Origin: Azolla caroliniana | Lineage: Eukaryota > Plantae > Polypodiophyta | Assembly: GCA_043228905.1 (NCBI GenBank) | Contig: JBHGNT010000003.1 | Span: 19,282,001-19,346,000 of the forward strand | Direction: 5' to 3' | DNA: 64,000 nucleotides | Shown: positions 36,637 to 57,160 of the stretch, one piece after another | Numbering within the stretch: the stretch's first letter is position 1 | How the letters are laid out: the number at the start of each line of letters is the position of its first letter | Position numbers and translations under genes: made by a program | The notes under the pieces: generated by a model | Databases searched by the model: none | What the model was told of the DNA's origin: nothing | The model's input: the letters and a program-made list of their open reading frames with translations, nothing else

Positions 36637-39600
36637 TCAGCAAAAATCACTAGCAAAACTACTATTGCTAGACATGAGGAAGTGCAGAACAAATATCAAG
36701 CCCACCCAAAGCATGAAAACACTCCCAATTTGAGCCACCTTATTGCGCAATGCAACCGTTGTCCCTAAAGGCTTATCATCAGCAATGCCTGCCTTCTTAG
36801 GCTTCTTTTTCCTCTTGTTCTGATACCTCTTCTTTACCACCACTTTATGTACATTCTGGCCTTCTTCCATGGTGGTGCATTCAACCCCATCATTGTGTTC
36901 AAAACCATAGTCATCATCTCCCTCCAATGCATGAAATGTGTTGGATTCGAGAGAAGTCGAAATGTGCCCTTCGCCATTCACATGGCCGACGACCACAGGA
37001 GAGTTAACTTTGCTATTCTCATTCTCTTCTTTCTCATCTTCCTCCATCTTATTCTTATTCCTCTTCTTCTTCTTCTTCTTCTTTATCTTGTTCTCCACAA
37101 TCTTCCATGTGTCTTCACCATCTTGAATGCTTACATCGGTTTCATTGCTCTTAACTGTATCGGTGCGAGTACCCTGAAACGCGGTACCATCTCTTGCTGC
37201 AAGCCTGTTCCTGTCGATCGAATATTTCTTCCTGTTGGTATCATATACCGAATGATTCTTCAAAGAAGCACCATCTCGAGGTTTAGAATTTACTATCTCT
37301 ACTCCACCTTTGGAACCCAAATACTCTGATTTCTTATCAATTGTCGGCTTGTAAGCTATAAATGGTTTACTTCCACAAACTTGCAAAAACTTGGAGAGAT
37401 CACGAGGTGGACTAGTAGTCAAAAGAGAAGCATCGGTGGAGAAGCGACAATTTTGTAAACGGGGTGATAATGGCGAAGAGGAAGAGGAAGAGGAAGAGGA
37501 AGAAGATGATAGTACTTTTGTCGGATCGTCTAATGTAGAATGGGAGACGGTCCAATGAGAGTAAGACGTAGGAGTAAGTGGAAGGAATGACAAATTGTCT
37601 TCATCGGAAACTGCTGAATTCCGATGGTTGCCTTCCTTACGAAGAATGGTATGATTATGACTAGCATCTGGGAGAACTCTTACTTTGATGGAATTTTCCG
37701 GCTCAACAATTTCCATAGAGGACTGTATGTGATGCTTCGATTCATCATTGTGCTGGTACATTGGTCGAAGTTCCTTTTCCCATGAACTTTCTACTGGGGG
37801 GCGATATCTGAGATTGTGATAGGGTTCTTCCTCTCTTGGAAATGTATTTGATACAAAGAATTGATTGTGTTCATGCTTCACTTCAGCTTCAGCCACTGAC
37901 TTACTTTCCTGTATACCCTTCTTTTGGCCCAAAGCATTCTCAACCAGGGGAGAATCCTTGAGATGTTCTTTTTCATGCTTCTTGCGTCCTCGTAGTTCGG
38001 CTTCCGCCAGTAGTTTTCTACTCTCGTGCATTTGTTTCCCCCATGCATCCACTATTCGCGGAACATCTTTGAGATTTTCTTTCGGAAGATTATTCATCGA
38101 AGATTGAATGCAACAACTCGCATCGTCTTTCTTATGTCGAGCTTCGGCTTCTGTCACTCTTCTACTTGTTTGCATTTGTTTACCCCAAGCATGTGCTGCT
38201 CGAGGAATACCTCCGAGACGTGGGAAATCTTCCTCTGATTGAATGCAATATGATACATTATGTTGCTTGTGTTGATGTTCGGGTTCAGTTACTCTAACAC
38301 TTTCTTGCTTTTCTTTTTCCCTTGCAACATTTCCTGTTCTGGGGAGATCTCTGACACCACATGAAAAACCTCGCTCTTCTCTTCGTTTGTTGAATTCGTG
38401 CTCTACAATTGCAGGCACATTCTCAGGAAACTCCTCCATTTCTGTATGGTGGTGGACTTTCTCTGGCCCCAGATATACTCTGGTTTCTTGTAAGCTTTTT
38501 GTATACTGTGTCCCAGATAGAGAGATGGTGGATGAGTATAAAGTATGTTGATCATTAGTTTCAAATAGTCCCACCCCCGCATCTTCCTCTTGATCATCTG
38601 CAAGATTTGCAAAGTCTTGATGAATGTTCGGAAAAGAAAAAAAACTCGAGATATATATATATATACTTGGCATTATCATTGTTGAAATCACTTCTCAAAA
38701 CCCAAGATTAAAACACTTTAGGTGTGCTCTATAAGAATACTAATGTTAATACATAAAATTTCAGCCAAATTCAAATGAAGGTTAGAGATGCTGCTAGATT
38801 ATTTTTCGATGTCCTTCAACCATCGACATAATATCTGTTAATGTGTAAAACATCCGAACAAATTTTAATGATTAAGTCACATTACCTTTCAGTAGATTGT
38901 TTTTTTCTGAAGAATCTGACTGTTTGTCCCCGACATATGTTTCCTCCTCACCAACTGGAAAATTACAAAACAAACCTTACTGTAATTTGAACAAACATTA
39001 TTCAAAAATAACCATGCATCCTCAAATTAAAGATGTACTATCCATAAAAAAATAAAAGCAACCTTTCAAGTGTTTCAGGGATATCTCGGCAATTTCAACA
39101 AACTCGATGAACATTTTATATTACCTTTCGAGCATTCGGTTTTGTTCCCTTTCAAGTGTCGAACTTGTTGTGGCTGACATGGAGCCGAGATGGTTGATGC
39201 CGAGGAACTAGATTCTTCTTCTTCCTCCTCTTCTTTATCTTCTTCTTCAGATTCTTCATCTTCTTCTTCAGATTCGTCCTCTTCATCTTCGTCCTCTTCA
39301 TCTTCATCATCATGTGCAAGATTTGAAGAGTCTTGAATAGTATATGAAACGACAAGACAAAACCAAAAGGTTATATAAGTCTCTCTTGCTTTAATTTGTT
39401 TGGTTTTCTATCGAGGATGAATAGAAACTATCCCTATGCAAAACCCTAAGTTTCTCATTATTTCCTCCGAGTCAAATGCCCCTAAACTAACCCCATTAAC
39501 AACATGCGTTATTTTGAAGGCAATCATAAACCCTAAACCCTTGCATGTTGGATTGGAGTTTTTCCCTCGATCCAAATTAACAAAATTCACTAATGTAAGG

Positions 39601-40416
39601 TTTGAGTCACCTTCTTGTAGAGCTCTGTTTTTCTCTAAGATGATGTCCCTGTTTACTGTGTCAGCTGCTGAATCTCCAGAAGTAGCTGGGAGAGCATCAA
39701 AAGACAGTGTTAACCACAATCGTTCACAATTCGATTCCGTAATCTTTAGTGCATGACGGAAGATGTCCTTGGATTCCTTCTCCAGTCCCTCCTTGGCAAC
39801 CTTGTATGCCTCTCCATCTATATATCAAAGAAAAGATCATATCAACAAGATTTCTGTTATCAAATGTCTCTGGAAAAACATGAACTCCTGAAATCATCCA
39901 CATGCATGAATGGGAAGTAATATTTTTTTGTATGTGTTGCAGTTTACCCAATGCTGTATCGCAAATACTCTCCAATTTCTCCACAAGGAGCTGCTTCACA
40001 ATCTTGTATGAATCTTCATCATCTTCTGTTATCAATCATAAACATCTTTTCAGTGAATCCAAATCTAAAGAGATGAAGCTAAAAATTAAAAAAAACAGCG
40101 AGAGGATTGATCAATGACCTAGATCGATCGGAAGGGCAAAATATATCGAGTATTGTGGGTGGTTGCCATCGACCGCTGATGATGGCAGCGGAAAATTTCT
40201 TGATCCCAGATGAATCGTTACCATGCCAGCCTTGAGAATTGTGGTGAAACCACCCTTATCATCAATATTAGTATTTAAATTAGTATCTTGTACTGTGAAT
40301 GAGATTTCTGAACCAGTTGTCTCATGAGTCTCTAGGCCACCCATGCAGCTGCTAGATGTGGTAGACTCCATGGATATGTTACTACTAGTAGTAGGATCAA
40401 CGACATAATCACCCAT
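36637..40416 (-). CDS. Uncharacterised ~945-aa protein with acidic and Lys-rich tracts, internal repeats and a C-terminal transmembrane anchor (exons 40416-40119, 40025-39948, 39817-39611, 39331-39125, 38954-38886, 38615-36637)
   Basis: Six exons with GT-AG introns, all phase 1, splice into one 2838-nt open frame. The 1979-nt last exon is open and ends IGSVFMLWVGLIFVLHFLM-SSNSSFASDFC. No family recognised. Confidence 0.78.
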
Positions 40417-41335
40417 ATCTCGATGTGTAACTAAGTATATATAGATATATATATATATATATACTCTGTTCGATTATGAATGGATTGATAGTTACAAGTA
40501 TTGAATTGTAGATTTCAGATGTGTTTTACTAAAATTTAATCAGCAGCTCCGTCTGTCTGTCTGTCTCTGTTTCCTCGCAAGGAAAGCTATCTATGCTGTT
40601 TATATAAAGAGAGAGAGACAGAGACAGAGACAGAGACAGGCAGGCAGGCAGGCAGACGATTTGTGAGCAATCACTTAATCCTATCAGAACTTCCAGAGCT
40701 TTGCGTTTTGCGTTTTGCGTTTTTGCGTTTTTGCGTTTCTCCCCTCCGGAACGCAAAGCAGCCGGGCTCGATGAAAGAAAAGCTAAGGCCAAAAAAAAAT
40801 ACAAAGGCGAGGGATTAAGAAAAAGGAGAGAGAGAGGAAAAAAAAAGCAGCCAATGGAAGGAAAAAGCAAACCCCCCCCAAAAAAAGCACTCCTTTTGCC
40901 ATTTTTAGAGAAAGGGCTTTCCATATTTGGCAGCCTCCAATTTGCTCTCAAGAAGATTTTATAATAAAAAAGAGAGAGAGAGAATAGGAAAGAAGGGTGT
41001 CTATATATAATTTGTGTGGTGAGCTAACAACCCTTCTTCTTCTTCTTCTTCTTCTTCTTCTTCTTCCTTTTGAGTTCCAATGAATGCATTGGCAAGCTCC
41101 CATTTTTGTCCCCCACCCCCCAAGGGCCACATATTTGTCCGAGAAACAACATCTTTAAGGCCAAGGCCCAATCGGCGGCCCAAGACAGACACTCGGGGGT
41201 TTCGAATGCCTCTTCGTGTCCTTATCCCACCATCTCCAAAGTTAGCGGGCCGCAAAATTTCATGCAATCCTAGATTCCATGTAGAGCAAAACCACATCTG
41301 AGATATGCCTTTAGAGCCCAGTCATTGTTGTTAAA

Positions 41336-41645
41336 AAAAACATGTATTCTATGTTCAGAATACCCTGAAGTATTCTACATTTTAGAACCGCCATTTTTCA
41401 AATTTTAACGTACTCTGCATATTCTAAAAATTTGACGTATTCTACATATTTAACAAGTATTTATCATTTCAAAAAAAAAATCCTTTAAATTTTAAGAAGT
41501 ATTCTACGTATTTAAAGTACTCTAATTATTTGACGTATTTTATCTGTAAAATACATATTCTAAGTTTTTTTTCAAAAAATTTGAATACTTAGCATATGTA
41601 TTCTATACACGTATTGTATGCTAAGTATTCTACAAGAATGAGCCT
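41336..41645. mobile_element. Possible decayed MITE with many GTATTCTA-like motifs
   Basis: About ten GTATTCTA/GTACTCT motifs in an AT-rich 300 bp; TIRs and TSD not convincing. Confidence 0.3.
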
Positions 41646-43432
41646 AGTACCGGTTCCTCAGTATATGAATCATTCCGGATAAAAAGAAACCATGCCCCTA
41701 GTTTTATGCACAAGAAACGTCGAGCTATATGTCGAGGCAAAGTTCTTGTGGAGTTCCCCGGTTCTTTTCCATATTCCCCACTAATAAAAATATCCACTGG
41801 AAGCCTGATCTTCTACAATGTGTTTCTCTCATCGCTAATGCTTACCATCGTCCCAAAGTCCTTTATTTTGATGTGCGGGGAAAAAATAGTATTGTATGGA
41901 AAACCTACATAACTAGTGTGGACCGGATGTGGACTACCCAAAACTCTCATTGTTAAAAATAGTTCAAAGTGAGACACGTGTGATAGGGGGGAAATACACG
42001 CAATGTCCAAATGGTGACATCAAACTTGACCATTGTTGAATAATTTGAATTAATACCCTTAGCTATGTATATATCACATTTTTTGCCGATTAAGATTACA
42101 TAATCATAAAATCTATGCCATTTTCCAAATAATCAAAATATTAAAAGAAGGTTCCTTGTCTTTTACTACATTATCCATAAACGTTAAACCTTTTAATAAT
42201 GATATGTCACTCACATGCATATGTTTTAAGTGTATGCATGTATGTATCATAAAAAATATAGCTTTAAGCTAAAAGCCACTAGGTTAAACCTCAAAAGTTA
42301 TCACATAGAACATACACCATTAAGATCTATTGCTAAAAATGAGACATTATTGAGGGGAATGTAACATTTCAATGTTAAAAGACATCGGTGTGGGCCATAA
42401 TGAGTTGATGAAGGGTAAAGTAGCAACAAATTTATGAGCGAATGAGAAAAGGAATATACACCTTGTACGTTCATTAGCTAAATATTCTATAGTGACGTTG
42501 CACCAACTCAATCATGTTTCGCTCTCATTCTATGTGAAGAATTTCATATCTCAATCATTATACATGCTATATTCTTTAGTACAAAATCCATTATAGCCAA
42601 CAAAATATGGGGTTTTTGGAGTTGAAGGATTGAGTAAAACCTTGTAGCTTTCTAGCAAATACAAGTAGGAGCGTCATTATCATTCATATAAAGTACCTTC
42701 TCTGAACATTGGATCCATGGGTCCATTGGAACAGGTTCAAACAATGAGTTTTTACACATCATAGACATGCAAAGAACTTTTAGCTTCATAGGTTGGAGGA
42801 TCAAGGAAATGATAAGCCACATCAGTCCAACTTGTTCTAATCCATTATAACAAGATAGCATTTGAATCATGAAACAAGGTAGGTGGTAATGTGTCACAAA
42901 CAAGGGACGATTCAAGGATTTTAACGATGAGTGGGAAAAATTCATAGTGATTATAAAATATATCTTCCCAAAATTTCCAGTTTACTAATATGTTTATGTA
43001 TCACTGTTGATTTGCAGTCAAATTATGAAATTTGCTAATGTTTGTCTTTGCATTATATTGTTTATGCAATTCAAGATTTCTTCACCATTCCTCACCTTCG
43101 TCAACCTTGTCTAAAATTTCATACCATTTTAATTTTAAAAGGAATTGATAGAAAAAACTTAATGATGCATCAAAAGTCGGTTTCAACTCAAATTCCAATT
43201 TGATTATGAAAGAATTTCACAAGAAAATGAAATATTTTCACCGAATCAGGTTTTTTTAGTTACTTTTACACCAAGTAGTGTTGTCTGTTCAAATATAGGG
43301 ATTGCCAAGGAAAAGATTTGCACGATTCTTATTCACGAACTTGAAAAAAAGAAAAAATTTAGCCCAGAAACTCATTAAGCTTAATAGAATTCAGCACCGA
43401 CAAATATATCACAAAAACACGAACATTATCTC

Positions 43433-51094
<7,662 letters not shown>

Positions 51095-51177
51095 GGTGAG
51101 GAGGAAAGAAGAAGTTGATTTAGGGTTTCACACAGAGAAATGGTGTTTAAGTTGTTTGGGGGGGGGGGTGGACAGAG

Positions 51178-51208
<31 letters not shown>

Positions 51209-51473
51209 AACAGAGCATTATTCTTCTTCATATAATTCCAAATGAATTTATTTGTTTATTCAATTTGTTTATTTTTGTTTTGTAATATTAGGATTTGATT
51301 TATTTCCATCACCTCCTCACTTGCATTGACAAAATATCAAAACTAACCCCCCTCCCCTACCACTTACCAATTGACTCGAGAACTATCGAGATAAACCTAT
51401 ATAGATCACGTTCGAGCATGGTGTAATTTGTCGGCCATAGCTCCTCCTATAATGACCGATTAATTATGTAGAA

Positions 51474-51760
51474 AATGATCAATCGGATTGCTCATTAGCA
51501 TACATTGCAAGACTAGGCCCATAGCCCCCTCAATAGTGAATCTAGTGATGAATTGTGTTTCTATCGTGACAATGATCAATCGGCTTGTTCATAAGTATAA
51601 GTTGCAAGACTTGGCCCATAGCCACATCAGTAGTGAATCTAGCAATGAATTGTGTTTCTATCGTGGCAATGATCAATCGGCTTGTTCATAAGTATAAGTT
51701 GCAAGACTAGGCCCATAGCCACATCAGTAGTGAATCTAGTGATGAATTGCGTTTCTATCG
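51474..51760. repeat. 3 x 97-bp tandem repeat in the VHA-A upstream region
   Basis: AATGATCAATCGG... at 51474, 51571 and 51668; each unit has GGCCCA. Confidence 0.88.
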
Positions 51761-54700
51761 CGGGGAGAGGTGTCATTGATTTGTTCGATCGTGATTACTT
51801 GCCAACACAGGCATTTTAATTCTTTCAAAAACTAGTGAAATATGTTCTTTTTTTCCATATTCATACCCCTCTCTCAAGGTTGTGATATTCTAGCAATGTC
51901 TCATGTGTGTTATATTCAAACCTTGGGTTATGGAAAAGTAAGATAGTTTCTAATGGCATACGTATCAAGAAACTATTTAGTTGTGTACACCTTGGATATG
52001 ATTAACCCATGGAATATATTTAGATTACTTCATCGAGTTGTATTTAAAATATGCAAATGTCTTCACCATTGTACATTTTTAGCATGTTATGTATTTGTTG
52101 ACCAAAGGTTGTTGCTCGTGTTGTTTGGCTTGCATGGAAGGTATAATGGTGCGCTCTTCGCGATTAGTTGGATATGAACCTTTTCCGTGTTTTCTTTAGT
52201 CACTACCACCTCTCCCACTAGTAGGGTATTGACCATAAATTAATTTGCGTATTTCCATCGTCATTGTCACGACATTTCATACCGATAAAGTACATATCCT
52301 CTATAGTCGAAAGTGTGTGTATTCAATTCATTGTGTATGATGAACTCCTTATACACAATGCATCATATATCTATGATACTCCTCCTAAGTATACAAACTA
52401 ATATGTTCTCGATTTCTGTAGTCATTCACTACTTGCCCATGGGGGGTTGCCCTCTTGCTCATGAACCTTTTACTCGTGAACTTTTAAGTGGATAGGTTAT
52501 GGTGTCCTTCAACATGTAAAGTACATCATAGTATGGTTGAGTCTTAGAAACAATCACACCCTGCATTGTTCAATGCTTGCATAATCACAACAATGAGGGT
52601 AAGTTATATTTTGTATATCTCAAACTTTCCATATTTGATAAATCATTTATTTTTGGCATTTGCACGGATCATATAGCCATCCTTGGTTTGATCTTTGCAC
52701 ATGCATCTTGGAGCATCCCCCCTTCTGCCAACTTCCATAAGGGATGATACTTACTGCCACTCTCAAGTATAATGTTGCAAGGATTGTTATCCATTCATTG
52801 TCATTGGGATTGTAAATCCTGTTGGCATTTGCATGGGTTCGGTTGCCATCCTTAGTATGATATTTGCGCATGCATCTTGGGGCATCCCCACTTCTACCAA
52901 TTTCCATAAGTGATTATATTTACTCCCACTCTCGAGTATGATTTTGCAAGAATTATTATCAATTGATTATCATTGGGATTGTGAAGCTAATATCATCAAC
53001 TTTGAAGAGCATTGCATTTAGGGAATCCATACCTTTTGTCTTTCTCCTATATGCACTAGGGCTTTGTGAAGATATGACCACATACTCGCAATAGCTCACA
53101 TGGAACTCACCCACAAATAGTCTTAGTACATAATACCAAAGATTCAAGTTAAGGTGGTGCACCTCTACCAAAGTCAATATCTATTGACTTGAACCACATA
53201 ATGTCCAACCCTTGGTTCTTAACTTTGGTAGAGTACCTTGAGGTTTGAAGAATTCAACAAGGTGATATTCACTTCCTTATCAAGGTACTTGCTTCCATGT
53301 CCATATGATTCTTTGTTATTTGTTTGACTTACGTATCTCTTCGGTGTTCAAACTAGGACATTTAAGAGAGAAAATGTTTACTCATGGGAATATATAGACA
53401 TTCATGTAATGCAAATTTGTTCACTTTGTTGAGGATGCTCGTGTCTCTCATATGCAATGAATTCGCGATACGTTTCGGAATTTGTTAAACTCTTCTACAA
53501 GTTTACTATAGGCAAATTGATAACCTAATTTCACTCTTTTTATACTAACCCATACAATATAAAAGCAGGTAGAAAACTTCGAAGATTTTTCTCTTTTTGT
53601 GTTCATTTTAATTGTTGTTTTAGTATGTTTTTCTTGCTTGTTTAGACTTTGAATGCATTGGGCTCCACTAGACACGGTTATCCCAACCTATGATGGACGA
53701 TAAGTTGATGTCAACCTTTTCTTTTTCTCTAGACACTTAAATAGCATATGAACATGAATTTATCCTTACATGTTTCCTCCCCAAGAGACCCTCGAATAGG
53801 CCTTTCATTGCTTGGTTAGTGGAGATGTTGGATCCATTTTTTAGCAAATTGCACACTTGTTCATACTATCTTTTATTGGTGTTATGATTTTATTGTTTCT
53901 TTGGGTACTCGTTGCTAGAAACTAGCTAATTGGTAAGCAAAATATAAGGATTTATGGACCAAAGGAAGAAATATAGGCATGCCCAACCACTCCCTAGCGT
54001 CGTCATCCCCCAATCTTCTCGATGACCCATATCATCGCGTGTTGATGTGAGGCATACCTTGGATTTTGTGAGGATCTCACATTTTAGCTAACATAGGTCA
54101 ACTCTTCCTTATAAGAAGGTCAACATAACCACGTTGATAGAGTCTCGACACAAGCAAAGCCTCCCTCATAAAAAGGGCGAAGCCCTAGACCCTAATGTGT
54201 TCACACACTTTACTATTTCATGCGAAGTGGTCAAGTGATAACACATTAAATACTTGTCTCACATCGTAGAATTGTAATTTTATCCATACCCTCATTCCTT
54301 TTGGAATTAACCCACACGTACTCATCATAAGATTAGGAAAAACATAGATCTCATGATCAATTATGGTTATGCAAGTAACACAATCAACATACAAAGAGCA
54401 TGACGGTTGAACACTTCATGTCATTTCTTCTCTAAGGACCCCTTGATTATTGTCTTAGAGGTAGCACATAAAATAGACGTATAACTAATTGAAGTCTAAA
54501 AAGTGCAAGAATACCTCATCTCCGAGTCATATATTGGCCTCATCTTATGACTTTGTCCAAGTGTTGTGTCAATTTTTAGTGACGGCGTCGCGAAGTTACG
54601 TGCGTGTGTGGAACGTGAGGGGGACCACCAAGGACATGAACCATATAGGATGGGTGCCTTGAGGTGTTGATGTCAGAGTGCTCAAAGATGTAAATTTCCA

Positions 54701-55617
54701 CACACAGTTTTATTTTGAAGAGTTTAATTAATTGATTTAATTTTCAGAAATCTCGTGCTAGTTCAAGATTTTATTGCACGCAAAACACATATGTGTGCGT
54801 GGGTGTGATTTGTTATATATACATATATACATATATACATTTATAAAACAAGTAGATAATTGTGTATATACACGTTTGTAACCAAGTAGATAATGATGCA
54901 TATGTAATCTATGATCATATGTATAAGTTAATGTGTAAGTGTGGATGAATGTTTGAAGTTTTTTATAAGGTTTTCAATATACATATGTGGTATAATTGTA
55001 CATTGGAAGGTTCAAGTGGTATTTTGGAAAAATAGTCTTGTCCCCTTTCCTTGGGTCATGGAGTAGATAGTTTATTTTATTCATTTAAGTCTAAATGAGA
55101 AAAGTAGAAACTAAAAGGAAAAGTAGAAGGGAGGAAAACACACACACAAACACACGATGTTAGTGGAGAAGATGCCAAACATAGGTCGATTACATGTCTG
55201 GTTGCTAAAGCCATTGGGGTGGTTATATCACAAATTTGGGCATTGATAACAATAAATATTTTGTCACCTTTTAAGTGGGTTTTTATTGACGAGGATAAAG
55301 TTATGCCCACACCATCATATAAGGTTGTGTTTGACTATCTTAGGTATTGGGGGATGTGGTTTAATTGGACCATGAGAAATGGGTTCTTGTTTGATGGACT
55401 TTATGGGTAACACACCAACTCCGTAGAATGAAAGGGAAGTTGATTAGGCAATTTTTGCAATTATGTTGTATGGGGATGTTGTCCCAAGAGGAGATAGACT
55501 TATGTCATCTAGTTTTACAACACTTGACAGGGTTTCCCTTACAGTATAACTACTAATGAAGTAGTGAAGATAGCAAGGGTTGTATTATAATCTTGTTTTA
55601 ATAACAAACATGGATTT

Positions 55618-55656
<39 letters not shown>

Positions 55657-55659
<3 letters not shown>

Positions 55660-56573
55660 TGTAGCTCAGTTGGTAAAGTTGCCGTCTCCATTGGGTCTTG
55701 GGTTCAACCCCTACATTCCACAGTGGCATCTAGTGAAATAGAGACTTATATGAAGTATATAATAGAGAGGTGAGGAAATTGGGTTTCGAACCCAAGACAT
55801 AGTGCTTGTAGTGTTATCGACTTACCACTAGGGTAAGGTAATTACAATAAAAAGAGAAAGTGAGTGAGTGGATAATATTGGAGGAGGAGAAGGTTTGAGG
55901 CCTTGAGGAGAAGGCTCCAACTTCTCACCCAGTTGTCAAAATCACAACCCGAAAATTCTATCATGGCCCTCGAGGTAAAATCTATGTTGGCATTACAAGA
56001 TTTACAAGATAGCAACTCAAGTTTCTTCTTCGTCGAGTCTAACATGTTCCTCTGATAATTTTAGATAGAAGATTTACAAGAAATAATTGAATGTGTATAT
56101 ATATATCAAAATTACAAATTACACCAAAGTTTACAACTTAAGTAGATACAAGTGAGACTATCTAAACCACATTACATGGAGTGCCTTGAAGGGAGCTAGA
56201 TAATGAAAATAGAGATATAAAATTTGATGGTAGAGTTTCGATTCAGTGGATCAACAGGATGACTTTGTTGCCTCTTGTTGTAGGTGGTCTTGAACGCCCT
56301 CTTGATTCACTACTCCAAACTTGTTTGAAATTTTAGCAATGCTTCTTCAACCCCTTGCAATGAGTTGTGTCGGTATGGTAAATGTATCTCAATCTATAAA
56401 ATTTATCATAATTAGCTTACCTTAGTGGTAAGTCTACAAGCAACTACGTCTTGGGTTTGAAACCTAATTTCCTTATCTCTCTATTATAGACTTCATACAT
56501 ATTTCTTAATTGACTAGATGCCACTGTAGAATGTAGGGGTTGAACCCATGACCCCCTGTCTCCACTGGGCAAC
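55657..56573. mobile_element. Element with ~165-185-bp inverted arms built from tRNA-like cassettes (55657-55844 and 56409-56573) around a ~565-bp core, flanked by (AG)n and (CA)n
   Basis: The right arm is the reverse complement of the left (e.g. CTAGATGCCACTGTRGAATGTAGGGGTTGAACCCA). A/B boxes are TAGCTCAGTTGG / GGTTCAACCC (+) and TAGTGGTAAG / GGTTCGAAACC (-). Confidence 0.7.
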
Positions 56574-56638
56574 CTCACACACACACACACACGTGTACCC
56601 CCCAAATCTCCAAAAATAGTGAATGAAACCATAGCTGA

Positions 56639-57007
56639 TAACAATCGGCAATGGTTCGGTTTGAACCGAATCAAACCGCAGCTTAATAGTTCAGTTCAGG
56701 GTTAGGTTTTAAAAAATGGCTCGGTTTGGTTTCAATAGTCAGAAACCGCTTAAACGGTTTTTTATATTATTTTTATTTTTAATTTTTTTATTAAAAAATT
56801 GTTTTTAAACAATCTTTTCATTTTTAGACCTTATTCTTACATTTTAGGAACATCTTTTAAATTTTAAAAATTTAATTGACCGAAGTTGAAAACCGAAACC
56901 GAACCACGAAACCGCGGTTTCGTGGTTCGGTTCGGATCAGGTTTCGAAAAATTTAAACGGTTCGGTTTTGACCCTCTCAAACCGAACCGAACCGTTGGCC
57001 ATTGTTA
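56639..57007. mobile_element. Second copy of the hAT MITE family (opposite orientation), ~150 bp upstream of the ATP23 start codon
   Basis: TIRs TAACAATCGGCAATGGTTCGG / CCGAACCGTTGGCCATTGTTA and a shared GGTTTGAGAGGGTC end; no intact TSD. Confidence 0.82.
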
Positions 57008-57160
57008 TGGTCAATAGGGGCATTTGGAGTGGAGATAAAGGAAAACTCAGGGGTACGTCTGAGGTTTTGTTTTTGTTTGCTGTCTTGTCTGTCTCTTCTT
57101 CCTCAGTCTCACTCTCTCTGCCCATCCTCTGCCCCTCGCGAGGTTCCCCTGTCTCACACT

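Noticed and set aside
38616-38691. N-terminus of the 684-aa ORF (MISTMIMP...)
   Set aside because: Intron sequence (AT tract and pyrimidine tract) read through in frame; the exon starts at 38615.
51800-55600. Short ORFs upstream of VHA-A
   Set aside because: No coherent exon chain or recognisable domain; probably old TE debris.
55657-55720. Functional tRNA gene
   Set aside because: The anticodon arm is too short and unpaired and the T-stem imperfect; treated as tRNA-derived.
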